DNA of 64,000 bases from an uncultured Candidatus Saccharibacteria bacterium (GTDB lineage Bacteria > Patescibacteriota > Minisyncoccia > Sungbacterales > HO2-52-23). A model generated the notes under the pieces. That model made no database searches. It had not been told where the DNA came from and was given only the letters and a program-made list of their open reading frames with translations. A program made the translations under genes and the position numbers. Where the stretch lies: assembly GCA_964585475.1 (NCBI GenBank), contig CAZPDF010000002.1:1631-65630 (forward strand). Direction: 5' to 3'. Below, piece by piece: positions 9,425 to 18,874 of this stretch. How positions within the stretch are numbered: the stretch's first letter is position 1; every line of letters starts with the position of its first letter.

Positions 9425-9475
9425 ATATCCCTGCACTGATCCATTCAGGCGGGATTTTTTTGGAACAAAAAAGCC

Positions 9476-10432
9476 CTATTTGGTAGGGCTTTTGTATTTT
9501 TTCTCGAGTGCGTCAAGATAATTTTTGAGATCACCCGAGTTGCGCGGCATTTTTTTCAAATCCGCGATCAGTATTTTCAGGTCTCCTGCGCTATTGAGCA
9601 TCCGGACGATGCGGCCGAAGTTTGTATAATATGCAAGATCATGGCTTATTTTTGCTTCGAGCACCCAATCGGGGTGTTGGTCTTTTGTTTGATCGTCATA
9701 ATCTCGTGCGTAGGTGGGATATGAGGCAATGAGCTTTCTTGCTCGTTTTCTTGCTTCGTCAAGGGGAAACTTCCGGAAAATTTCCTCTGCTTTTTTTCGG
9801 AAGGCGTTAAGCTCATCCGACATGGTCAATGTCTGGCTGATCCAATCTGACATTTCCCTTGAATTACCATAGTCATTTTTGTGTCTGAAAAATTCAGCCG
9901 CCGCAAGGTATCCGAGCGGCAAAATAATACCTTCATCCATCTGGTCGTCAGTCCGCATGTTATCGTGAAGATCTTCGTGTAGAACTGATTCTACTTTATG
10001 CGCAAGTGACCGCTTGGCAACGGAAGGGGCAATGACCATGGGGTCTTTTTCGCTTGCATAGACATACTCCTTTCTCATGTAGTAGGAATAGCGTTCGCCG
10101 CGCACAGTATAATATACGCCGAAGGATTTAATTGTTATTTCCTCTGTGGTTTCTAGTTTTATATTAACGACCATATCATAGCCAGGCGTTATCGTGCCTA
10201 GCTTCTTCAGATACATGCCAAGGAGCGGGCGGTGAGGTTTGTCAAGAGTACTTTTCGTAAACGCTTCAGTTGGCTCAATCCCCAAAGTTTTTCCGAATGC
10301 TTTCACTTCTTTGGCAAGCGTGACCGTTTCCTGCAGGAGTTCCTTCTCGGTTTTTTCTCCCGCGAATGTTAATGTAAAGGAACATACAATAACGAGGAAG
10401 AGAGCAATACCTGCCGTAAAGGATTTCTTCAT
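9476..10432 (-). CDS. Secreted putative zinc metallopeptidase (HExxH..E)
   Basis: Signal peptide MKKSFTAGIALFLVIVCSFTLTFA; VLHEDLH...DEG; GGAGGAG SD. Confidence 0.7.
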   Translation of the reverse strand: MKKSFTAGIALFLVIVCSFTLTFAGEKTEKELLQETVTLAKEVKAFGKTLGIEPTEAFTKSTLDKPHRPLLGMYLKKLGTITPGYDMVVNIKLETTEEITIKSFGVYYTVRGERYSYYMRKEYVYASEKDPMVIAPSVAKRSLAHKVESVLHEDLHDNMRTDDQMDEGIILPLGYLAAAEFFRHKNDYGNSREMSDWISQTLTMSDELNAFRKKAEEIFRKFPLDEARKRARKLIASYPTYARDYDDQTKDQHPDWVLEAKISHDLAYYTNFGRIVRMLNSAGDLKILIADLKKMPRNSGDLKNYLDALEKKYKSPTK

Positions 10433-10546
10433 CCGTCTCCTCCGAATGTTTCCGTAATTTGTATCACTAATAGCATAAAAAGTCAAACGTCCCTTAAAAA
10501 TTAAATCCCGTTACGGTTTTTGTAATTGGGAGGGCTTTTTTATGGA

Positions 10547-11086
10547 TTATTTGGTTTTGCTTTTATAAAACTTTAGTGCCTTGATAAATGGTAAAGCGTA
10601 TCGTTTCGGATGAAGGCGTGCGTCTCTCGAGACATCGCTTATAGTAACGAACCGGGTTGCGATGATTTCGCTCCGATGAGGACGCACTTTTTCTGCGTGT
10701 GTGGAAAAGAGGCGATGGATCACTTTGCCGTGCTTTTTAGTTTGGACGTCAAATCTGCCAAGCTCTTTAACGGGTGAAACGATCCTAAGTTCTTCTCGTA
10801 ATTCTCGTCGCGCGGCGGCACGGTAAGTTTCTCCTGCTTCGACTTTTCCTCCTGCCGAGGAAGTGATAAGTCCTGGATAGCTATTTGTCCAAGGGGGGCG
10901 TTTGCAAATAAGTAGTTCCCCCCTCGCGTTAAAAACCAAAATGTGGACGACGCGCCGCCACAACCCGAGTTTTTTTGCATCTTCTCGAAAGCCTAGTCGA
11001 ACTAACTTATCGTTTTCGTCAACGAGATCATAGGGTTTTCTTTTTTTTAGAAACTTCTTTGTTGTCAGCGGTGTTTTAGTTGGCAT
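10547..11086 (-). CDS. NUDIX hydrolase (IDI/YfcD-like)
   Basis: DLVDEND..., GGKVEAGETYRAAARRELREEL Nudix box. Confidence 0.88.
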   Translation of the reverse strand: MPTKTPLTTKKFLKKRKPYDLVDENDKLVRLGFREDAKKLGLWRRVVHILVFNARGELLICKRPPWTNSYPGLITSSAGGKVEAGETYRAAARRELREELRIVSPVKELGRFDVQTKKHGKVIHRLFSTHAEKVRPHRSEIIATRFVTISDVSRDARLHPKRYALPFIKALKFYKSKTK

Positions 11087-11786
11087 GGAAGACTCGGAGC
11101 CACCTTTAATTTATAAAGAGTTGCGCGCTAAGTGGAATGCGGCGGTGCAAGAGGCGTGTTTCGCGTTAGGCTATCGGGGAAGCCCTAGCTCGGTTCGGCT
11201 GCTTGAGAAATTTTCTCATACTCGGTTAAGAAAAGCGAATCGTTATATTGTTTCCGGCATTTCGGGTTCCGGGAAGACCACGTTCGGCAAACTGCTGGAA
11301 TATATGTCCTTTAGAAAGTTACCGACAGCGGTAGTTCGTTCCCCTCGACCCGGCGAAATACAGGGACTGGACTATATTTTTCTTGATGAATACACCTTCG
11401 AACGCTGGAGAGATAGAAACATGTTCTCCTTTTATCATAAAACCAACGGAGTTTCACATGGGTTTCTCCGCTCGCATCTCCGGGACTTGAAAGGACAGAG
11501 CGGGAGGTTTTATCTCGATAAAAGCATTCGATCCGTTTCTTGGCTCTTTCCGCGTATTCGGGAGCGGTGCACGTTGATTTACCTGTTGCCCCCCACCTTT
11601 GATGAATTATATTTTCGAATAAAGAAGCGGGAGCGCTTGCGGCAGCATGCGGGACTGGCCGACGAAGAAATTGTCGGCAGATTTCGGGAGGAGATAGAAG
11701 AATTTAGACAGAGCGTCTCTCTGCCCTATGCATATTTCGTCAATGATGATATAAAGACGTTGTTGAACCTTATGTCTTGTGTATAA
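11085..11786 (+). CDS. Guanylate kinase-like P-loop protein
   Basis: GISGSGKT, RSPRPGEIQGLDYIF, LLPPTFDELYFRI. Confidence 0.8.
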   Translation: MEDSEPPLIYKELRAKWNAAVQEACFALGYRGSPSSVRLLEKFSHTRLRKANRYIVSGISGSGKTTFGKLLEYMSFRKLPTAVVRSPRPGEIQGLDYIFLDEYTFERWRDRNMFSFYHKTNGVSHGFLRSHLRDLKGQSGRFYLDKSIRSVSWLFPRIRERCTLIYLLPPTFDELYFRIKKRERLRQHAGLADEEIVGRFREEIEEFRQSVSLPYAYFVNDDIKTLLNLMSCV

Positions 11787-11797
11787 AAAGCCCGCCT

Positions 11798-12025
11798 TCA
11801 CTTTTGTAATGGGGCGGGTTTTTTGATTTGGAGATAGACCTGTATTCCAAAAATCCACACAACGGTTATTCCAGAAAGCCCGAGTATTAGTCCTAGGGGA
11901 GGATTTTGCTGCCGAAGCGGCGGAACCGTAAGTTCAATGAAAGCGATGAAAAATCCCCAGCCAATAGTGGACCACGCTCCGCAGAGCAGTGCAAGAGATA
12001 GGGCGCGCCAGATTTTTCCAATCAT
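11798..12025 (-). CDS. Small 2-TM protein
   Basis: Hydrophobic 75-aa ORF coupled to the upstream gene by an ATGA overlap. Confidence 0.6.
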   Translation of the reverse strand: MIGKIWRALSLALLCGAWSTIGWGFFIAFIELTVPPLRQQNPPLGLILGLSGITVVWIFGIQVYLQIKKPAPLQK

Positions 12026-12831
12026 CTTTCTGCCCCCGTTATTCTTAGAAGTGTTTCCAGTCCACCTTCTCCATAATCTCTGAAAAATTCGCCAGGCTCT
12101 TTATTGTCAAGATTCGGATGCGGAGTTTGCAGCCACTCTCCATAATCCCCCAAATAAAGTTTTAGCGCATTAAACCACTTTTTCATTACTTCGGGGTCAA
12201 CCGGCTTTTTGGTCCAAAGCCAAAGCCAGTGGTGCGGAGACTTGAAGGAGCAATTTTCTTTCCAGACGGTTTTGGCCCGGCCGTTATGTATTTCCTCAAA
12301 CACAAAAGAGTGCTGCGGAATAGGACCTTTCGCTGATACGCGCGTGCGAGAGGTTATAAAGCACTCGTCCCCAATAGTAACGGGGGAGATAAAGTCTACG
12401 AAGGTTCCCACAAAACATCTTTTTCCGATGGTAGTTTTTTGCTTCTTGAGGCCGTCCCAGTTGGAAGTTCCGGTGCCGTGTCCGATATTCGTATCATCCC
12501 CCATAACCGCATCGGCCAGGTAACATTCATGCGGAATCCGCACGCGGTCTCCAACTATGCATCGTTTGAGTTTTGCCCCATCGGTGATGTGCGTATCATT
12601 TCCGATTTTGCAGTCGGTGATGATTACGAGCGGCCCCAGTACGCAGTTATTTCCGGTCACAGTTTCCCCTCTTATAAATGTACTGGGGTGAACTACGGTT
12701 CCCTGGCCGCCGAGGGGCGTTTGGGGATCTATATAGGTATTTAGCGGATCGACAAAAGTTATTCCAGTTCCGCGTATGATCCTCTGTAAGTTAGCTTTTT
12801 GCCACCAAACCGCATTGGGTACGCGCTTCAA
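12022..12831 (-). CDS. GlmU-like left-handed beta-helix acetyltransferase domain with C-terminal MbcA/ParS/Xre-like segment
   Basis: GITFVDPLNTYID, hexapeptide repeats, NIGHGTGTSNWDGLKKQKTTIG; likely TTG start at 12831 after AAGGAG. Confidence 0.75.
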   Translation of the reverse strand: MKRVPNAVWWQKANLQRIIRGTGITFVDPLNTYIDPQTPLGGQGTVVHPSTFIRGETVTGNNCVLGPLVIITDCKIGNDTHITDGAKLKRCIVGDRVRIPHECYLADAVMGDDTNIGHGTGTSNWDGLKKQKTTIGKRCFVGTFVDFISPVTIGDECFITSRTRVSAKGPIPQHSFVFEEIHNGRAKTVWKENCSFKSPHHWLWLWTKKPVDPEVMKKWFNALKLYLGDYGEWLQTPHPNLDNKEPGEFFRDYGEGGLETLLRITGAER

Positions 12832-12902
12832 GCTTCTCTCCTTTGGAAACGAACTATTTTCTAGATCGGTTATACCATATAGAATGAAGAGTATCAAACG
12901 CC

Positions 12903-13556
12903 ATGTTTAAGTTATCCAGAGCGCAACTTATCCGATGCCGGGGGATAATTGTCTGGGATTTTGACGGGGTTCTTTTCGAAACCAAACGGCAGAGCATGGA
13001 ATACAGAAGACTGTTGGGAGCGATCGGTATTACAGAGGAAGCGATTGTGGTGGCGCTAAAGCGCTTAGAAAAAAAGAATCGCCTCTTTTCGATAACCGGT
13101 TTTATAGAGGAACTAAACCATAAAGGAAAGCTTTTCCCGGCCGCTATGATACGGAAAATCTTTCACAATAATCTTGTAGTCAATACCTATTATGACTCGA
13201 AAGTAGATGCTATGCTCCACAGACTTAAGAGAAGGGGGTTCATACAATTAATATTGAGTCTTGGCAACGCACAATGGCAGCGAAAGAAAATGTTTGTTGG
13301 CTGCGGTTCCTCCTTCCCGAGACACTTTGCTAGAATTTATACGACCAGGAGACCGAAACACTTTATTTTATCCCAAATAAAAAAACGTTTCCCTGATAAA
13401 CCCGTAATTTTTGTTGATGATACAGAAGAAAATCTTAATTTGGCCAAGAAGCACGTTCCCGAACTGATAACCGTGTATTATTCAAATATAAATGGCCACT
13501 CGCTCGATTCGCTCGAGAAGCGAATTATTAGCTATGTCAAACAAACCGGGAAATAA
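12903..13556 (+). CDS. HAD-family hydrolase
   Basis: DFDGVLFET motif I, ILS motif II, FVDD motif IV. Confidence 0.85.
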   Translation: MFKLSRAQLIRCRGIIVWDFDGVLFETKRQSMEYRRLLGAIGITEEAIVVALKRLEKKNRLFSITGFIEELNHKGKLFPAAMIRKIFHNNLVVNTYYDSKVDAMLHRLKRRGFIQLILSLGNAQWQRKKMFVGCGSSFPRHFARIYTTRRPKHFILSQIKKRFPDKPVIFVDDTEENLNLAKKHVPELITVYYSNINGHSLDSLEKRIISYVKQTGK

Positions 13557-14493
13557 AACTCCCAGAATTGTCGTTATCGGCGGCGGCACCGGCGTTTTTA
13601 CCGTCCTCTCGGGACTAAGGAAATACCCGCTTGATTTGACGGCGGTAATATCTATGGCGGACGACGGCGGATCCACCGGCGTTCTTCGCGAAGAATTTGG
13701 GATTTTGCCTCCGGGGGATGTTCGCCGGGTTTTGGTTGCGATGTCCCATTCGGATGACCGGATGTTAAGCGACCTTTTCAATTATCGGTTCGACGAGGGC
13801 GGATTTAAGGGTCATACTTTCGGAAATATAATGCTGACGGCGCTTGAGCGGCTCACCGGAAGTTTTGAAGAGGCCGTAAGCGAGGCGGCGCGTATCCTCG
13901 GAGTCCATGGAAATGTCTTGCCGGTAACGCTTGATAACGTGCGGCTTTGCGCGAAACTTGAGGACGGCTCAATCATCCGGGGAGAAACAAATATCGACAT
14001 CCCGAAACACGATGGTCGCCTGAAGATTGATCGCCTCTGGCTTGATCCCCGCGCCTGGATCAGCCGAAGCGCTAAAGAGGCGATTTTATCCGCAGACATG
14101 ATTGTAATCGGCCCCGGCGATCTTTATACGAGCATTCTTCCAAACCTTATTGTTCGCGGCGTGGCGGATGCAATTGGAAAAGTGCGCGCCAAAAAAGTTT
14201 TGGTGATTAACCTTATGACCAAGTGGGGCGAGACAAATGGATTCAAGGCCGAGGATTTTATAAAAGCCGTTGAAAAATATCTGGGCAGAAAGGTGCTGGA
14301 TTACGCTATTATCAATACCAAACAACCTTCACCCCAGCGGAGAGTCCATTATGAGAAGGAATCTTCCGAATTTGTGGTGGCGGGAGATATGCCTAAGAGG
14401 CCGGTACCTATCTTTGGAGACTTTATCCGTCGTCGCGGTTTTGTGCGCCACGATCCGGAGCGTCTGGCAGAAGTGCTCGTCTCTCTTTTATGA
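13534..14493 (+). CDS. yvcK: YvcK/CofD-like gluconeogenesis factor
   Basis: VVIGGGTG, DDGGSTG, PPGD, GHTFGN, GPGDLYTS, RHDP. Confidence 0.93.
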   Translation: MSNKPGNKTPRIVVIGGGTGVFTVLSGLRKYPLDLTAVISMADDGGSTGVLREEFGILPPGDVRRVLVAMSHSDDRMLSDLFNYRFDEGGFKGHTFGNIMLTALERLTGSFEEAVSEAARILGVHGNVLPVTLDNVRLCAKLEDGSIIRGETNIDIPKHDGRLKIDRLWLDPRAWISRSAKEAILSADMIVIGPGDLYTSILPNLIVRGVADAIGKVRAKKVLVINLMTKWGETNGFKAEDFIKAVEKYLGRKVLDYAIINTKQPSPQRRVHYEKESSEFVVAGDMPKRPVPIFGDFIRRRGFVRHDPERLAEVLVSLL

Positions 14494-15233
14494 CCACAAT
14501 GAAATTAACGCAAAATTCTTTAAAAAAAATTCTCTCGCTGGCGGAGAAAATTTTGCGTTCCGGAGGAATCCTGATTTGCCCCACCGATACGGTTTACGGT
14601 ATTTTGGGGGATGCGACTAACCGTGACGCGATAAAGAAAATTTTTGCGCTAAAAACGCGCTCCGCGGAAAAGAAGTTTCCGATTTTTGTGAAAGACATTC
14701 CGACGGCGCGGAAGTTCGCGTATATAGCGGATGCCAAGGCGAAGTTTCTGGAGAAAGTGTGGCTCGCCCCGTTAGAGACAGCCCGCCCCGAAGGCCCTTC
14801 GGGCGCGCAAGCGCGGGCGAGGTCTCTAACGGGGCCAGGGCCCCTCACGGTCGTGTTACATCACAAAGAGAAATTACCTAAAATTTTGACCCCGCACCAG
14901 AGCAAGCTCGGTGCGGGGCAGGCCGGTGGTCTAGGCACCATCGGTATTCGTATCCCGAATCATCCTTTTCTTTTAGAACTTTTGTCCCGTTTAGATTTTC
15001 CGCTGGTTCAGACCTCGGCAAATATTTCCGGAAAGCCCCCGGCAAAAAATATAAAAGAAATTAAGGAATATTTTGGGAAAGAAAGACTAAAACCCGAATT
15101 AATAATTGACGGTGGTCAAATTGATGGAACGCAATCAACGGTTATAGATTTTACAGGCAATGAGCCGATTCTTTTGCGAACCGGCGCGATTTCAAAATTA
15201 GAACTAGACCGATTGCTGAGTGGGCTTGATTAA
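14490..15233 (+). CDS. tsaC: Threonylcarbamoyl-AMP synthase (YrdC/Sua5) with two in-frame palindromic inserts
   Basis: PTDTVYG, W[24 aa]PGPLT, IGIRIP, TSANISG, STVID, LRTGAI. Confidence 0.9.
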   Translation: MTTMKLTQNSLKKILSLAEKILRSGGILICPTDTVYGILGDATNRDAIKKIFALKTRSAEKKFPIFVKDIPTARKFAYIADAKAKFLEKVWLAPLETARPEGPSGAQARARSLTGPGPLTVVLHHKEKLPKILTPHQSKLGAGQAGGLGTIGIRIPNHPFLLELLSRLDFPLVQTSANISGKPPAKNIKEIKEYFGKERLKPELIIDGGQIDGTQSTVIDFTGNEPILLRTGAISKLELDRLLSGLD

Positions 15234-15303
15234 GTCCTCCGGCTGTTTAGTGGATAAACACGCTTGTTTTATAGATGGCGGCTACGATAGTATTGGAATT
15301 ACT

Positions 15304-15987
15304 ATGCTACTATCTCGCGACGCTATCCTAAGACATTTTAAGGAGGGCAATATTGTCATTGACCCTTTTAACGAGCGGAAGTTAAGGACCACAAGCTATG
15401 ATGTAACGCTCGGGGAGTGGTTTTGGCGCGAGGGGCATCCGGAAGGACGGGCAACCCTCCACAATCTTTACGACGAAACTTCCACCAAACTGGTTTGGCA
15501 GGGGCCGCATCAGGCCGAGAAGGCGAGGGACGTGTCGGAACGCCTCGGCATGTCCTTGATAAACGTAAGGTCCGATGAAAAGATTATTCTGCTCCGGCCC
15601 GGGGAGACCGTGCTTGCCCATACGGACGAATTTATAGGGGGCCGCAACCGGGTGGTTTCCAAAATGTATGCTCGATCCTCGCTTGGCAGGAATTTCATCG
15701 AGGTTTGTAAAGACGCGGGGTGGGGAGATGTCGGATATTTCAATCGCTGGACCATGGAGGTGACGAATAATTCGCAGTATTTCACGATTCCCTTGGTGGT
15801 GGGACGCCGTATCGGACAGATGGTGTTTTACGAAGTTGAGCCAATTAAGGGCGCGCCGGATTACGTCAAGGATAAGGATAGCGGTAAGTATCAGCGTTCG
15901 CAGGACGTTGAGGAATTGAAAAAAACCTGGGACCCGGAGATGATGATACCGAGAATGCATTTGGATTGGGAGGTTCGCTCGGTATAG
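15304..15987 (+). CDS. dcd: dCTP deaminase
   Basis: SYDVTLG, ARSSLGR, AGWGDVGY, TMEVTN, RIGQMVF. Confidence 0.88.
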   Translation: MLLSRDAILRHFKEGNIVIDPFNERKLRTTSYDVTLGEWFWREGHPEGRATLHNLYDETSTKLVWQGPHQAEKARDVSERLGMSLINVRSDEKIILLRPGETVLAHTDEFIGGRNRVVSKMYARSSLGRNFIEVCKDAGWGDVGYFNRWTMEVTNNSQYFTIPLVVGRRIGQMVFYEVEPIKGAPDYVKDKDSGKYQRSQDVEELKKTWDPEMMIPRMHLDWEVRSV

Positions 15988-16126
15988 CGGTCCTCAGTAT
16001 TTTGCTTTTTAGACAAGGCTTCGGCCGCTCCAGCGGCGGCCTGCAGGGTCGGCGAGGCCCTCGCGCTCTGCGCGAGACCAAGCTACCTCGCCTCCCATTG
16101 TCTCAAAAGCAAAACACTTCGACCGC
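15987..16126 (+). repeat. ~145-nt structured repeat, copy 1
   Basis: Long closing stem plus two inner hairpins; homologous to 49554-49697 and 62243-62400. Confidence 0.8.
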
Positions 16127-16277
16127 CTATGTCTCGCTTGTAGCATGTTATCGAACGATTTATTTTTATCGAGGGCGTGCCTCGATATTTTTTGTCTTGC
16201 CTCTTTATGCTTAGAATGTTATTGTGATCGAGGATCGTTGAAAGAGGGAGGACGCACTGAGGCGCTACCTTCTCGCC

Positions 16278-16889
16278 GTGATAATTTCCTCTATTTTAGG
16301 CACCTTCTGGCACAATCAGTCTTTCGGACAGCTGATTGAAATTGATGGTAAGAATTATCAGTTTTCTCAAATCTATTCTCAAAATATCCTTGAACGCCTT
16401 GGCGACAAAGGAAAAGTCACACAAGTAAGAAATCCGTTTGACAAGAAATCTGTGAAAATGGTTTTTGTGCCGGGATGGACGTGGAGGGAAACATATCGAT
16501 ATACCCTTGCCCAAAAAGTATGGCCACTTTATAGAATGGATTTTACGTTTAGTATTGCTAGTGATAATGATCCATTTTATATTCTTAAGGCCGGTCTCAT
16601 GGCTTCAGAAAAAACCCCATACGGGATTATACGTTTTGAGATTCATAACGTAAGTTATAAACGCCACGAGAATCTTACTGCGCTTAAACAGGTTTTTGAT
16701 GTCGTGGTCAGTGCCACGGAGGAACAAAAGCGAAAAAGGCAGCATGAGCTCGTATGCGTTGAGATGACGGGGGAGCTCTATTTAAGCTCGACTGTTCAAC
16801 GAAAAGACTATGTCCGGGATCTTAAGAACGCGAGCGTCACATTTATTTTTGCGCCGCAATCGGCCAAGATTGTTTCTTGTACCCAGTAA
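16278..16889 (+). CDS. Hypothetical protein
   Basis: 203-aa AT-rich ORF between two copies of an ATCGAGG.CGTGCCTCGAT hairpin. Confidence 0.6.
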   Translation: MIISSILGTFWHNQSFGQLIEIDGKNYQFSQIYSQNILERLGDKGKVTQVRNPFDKKSVKMVFVPGWTWRETYRYTLAQKVWPLYRMDFTFSIASDNDPFYILKAGLMASEKTPYGIIRFEIHNVSYKRHENLTALKQVFDVVVSATEEQKRKRQHELVCVEMTGELYLSSTVQRKDYVRDLKNASVTFIFAPQSAKIVSCTQ

Positions 16890-17074
16890 AGCCAGCACTG
16901 CTGGCTTTTGTGTTTTGGGAAATGGTCTGCTCAAGAAACTGCCTCAACCGCCGGTGTTTCGCTAGGGGGTTTGCTTAAGGTAGTTTATGAGATTCAACCT
17001 CATAAATTACATAAACCCACCTTATCGAGTTATCGAGGTCGTGCCTCGATATTTTTTTATCGGTCGTACCTGCC

Positions 17075-17122
17075 TAAAAGAATCCTAGTCAAAAAACTAG
17101 TTTTTTGACTAGGATTCTTTTA
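17075..17122. repeat. 48-bp perfect palindrome with no spacer, upstream of glyA
   Basis: TAAAAGAATCCTAGTCAAAAAACT|AGTTTTTTGACTAGGATTCTTTTA. Confidence 0.9.
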
Positions 17123-17132
17123 ATATGGGTAT

Positions 17133-18410
17133 ATGGCCTTAGGGCATCTAAAAACTAAAGATCCGAAACTCGCAAAACTGATAGCGGAGGAAACCCAGCG
17201 CCAGTCGCGGACGCTTAATTTGATTCCTTCGGAGAATATTGTTTCCGAGGCGGTTTTGGAGGCGCTGGGCTCCCCGCTCACCAATAAATACTCCGAAGGG
17301 TATCCGGGGAAACGATATTACGGAGGGAATGAAATTATTGATAAAGTTGAGGTGTTAGCGCAGGAACGCGCGCGGAAAGTTTTTCGCTTGGGAAAGAATT
17401 GGCACGTGAATGTTCAGCCCTATTCCGGTTCGCCCGCGAATTTTGCGGTTTATTTTGCATTGCTTCGGCCCGGGGATAAATTGATGGGAATGTCTTTGCC
17501 TTTTGGCGGGCATCTTACGCACGGCTGGAAGGTGTCCGCAACCGGAAAATTCTGGACACCCGTTCAGTATACGCTTGGCCGGGCTGGCTATATTGATTAT
17601 GAGGAAGTTAGGACGCTTGCGCGAAAGGAGAGGCCGAAAATTATTGTTGCGGGTGCCACGGCTTACCCCCGAATTATAGATTTTAAAAAATTCGGGGAAA
17701 TTGCAAAAGAAGTTGGCGCGTACTTTATGGTGGACATGGCGCATATTGCGGGACTTATCGCGGCAGGAGCACATCCATCACCTTTTCCATATGCTGATGT
17801 TGTAACTACGACGACGCATAAAACCCTGCGTGGTCCCCGCGGCGCGATTATCTTCTCCCGCAAAGATCGTTTCGTAATGTCAAATGTCAAAGGTCAAATG
17901 TCAAAGGTTTCGATTGCCGAGGCAATCGACAAGGCCGTTTTCCCCGGACTTCAAGGCGGCCCGCATGACAATCAAACCGCAGCCATTGCCGTATGTCTTG
18001 GTGAGGCCATGAAGCCTGCGTTCAAAAAATACGGGAAGCAAATCGTGAAAAATGCGCGTGCGCTTGCGAAGGAACTTATGCGGCTTGGGCTTCAACTGGT
18101 TTCCGGCGGTACAGATAACCACCTAATGCTTGTTGATCTGACTAATTTAGGGATTTCCGGGCGCGAAGCGCAGGATCGGCTTGAGCAGGTCGGGATTATA
18201 GTGAATCGTAACACCATTCCGTATGACACCCGCTCGCCCTTTGATCCTTCGGGGATTCGGCTTGGCACACCGGCGGTTACGACACGAGGGATGAAAGAGA
18301 AGGAGATGAAAGAGATTGCGCGGTTGATTTATGGGGTATTGACTGGAGAAAATACGGATGCTATAAAAAAAGAGGTAAAAGATCTTTGCAGAAAATTTGG
18401 GGGGGTTTAG
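17133..18410 (+). CDS. glyA: Serine hydroxymethyltransferase
   Basis: LIPSEN, NKYSEGYPGKRYYGG, TTTTHKTLRGPRG, FPGLQGGP. Confidence 0.98.
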   Translation: MALGHLKTKDPKLAKLIAEETQRQSRTLNLIPSENIVSEAVLEALGSPLTNKYSEGYPGKRYYGGNEIIDKVEVLAQERARKVFRLGKNWHVNVQPYSGSPANFAVYFALLRPGDKLMGMSLPFGGHLTHGWKVSATGKFWTPVQYTLGRAGYIDYEEVRTLARKERPKIIVAGATAYPRIIDFKKFGEIAKEVGAYFMVDMAHIAGLIAAGAHPSPFPYADVVTTTTHKTLRGPRGAIIFSRKDRFVMSNVKGQMSKVSIAEAIDKAVFPGLQGGPHDNQTAAIAVCLGEAMKPAFKKYGKQIVKNARALAKELMRLGLQLVSGGTDNHLMLVDLTNLGISGREAQDRLEQVGIIVNRNTIPYDTRSPFDPSGIRLGTPAVTTRGMKEKEMKEIARLIYGVLTGENTDAIKKEVKDLCRKFGGV

Positions 18411-18581
18411 ATGTCGTACGGATCAGGCGATAGAAGTCTTTTTTGGGTGTTTGTAGGTATTGCATTGTTGTGTCTTGGAGTGATTTACTTTGTGGTAGTG
18501 CCGGAATTAAGAAATAAGTTTGAACGTAAATCGACTACTATTATTGAGATAGAAATAAAAGAAATATCTCCTTCAAAGTAG
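18411..18581 (+). CDS. Small single-TM protein (56 aa)
   Basis: ATG immediately after the glyA stop; LFWVFVGIALLCLGVIYFVVV. Confidence 0.5.
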   Translation: MSYGSGDRSLFWVFVGIALLCLGVIYFVVVPELRNKFERKSTTIIEIEIKEISPSK

Positions 18582-18631
18582 CTTTATCCTAGTTTAAGGA
18601 AGCCATCGTCGAGCTCGGCTCGACCATCGCG

Positions 18632-18700
18632 CTTCTCCGGTAGCAGAACTTTGACTGGCTCACGAGGCCAGTTTTTGACGAGCCAAAGTTCGCTACCGGA
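18632..18700. repeat. TCCGGTAGCAGAACTTTG hairpin repeat, copy 1 (copy 2 at 19217-19282)
   Basis: CTTCTCCGGTAGCAGAACTTTG identical in both copies; closes with CTACCGG. Confidence 0.8.
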
Positions 18701-18874
18701 CTGCGCCCAGTAGTAGAATTTTGACCGAGCTTAGCTCGGTTTTTCTTTACCCTGTTACCAAAAGCCGCGGTCGTAAGGCCGTGGTAGTGGGGTTTACCGA
18801 AACTCACCATAGGGATTCGCTTCTTGATCCTTTACTGTTATACTTACCCTAGGTTCTTTAGGGGGCGGGGAGTA

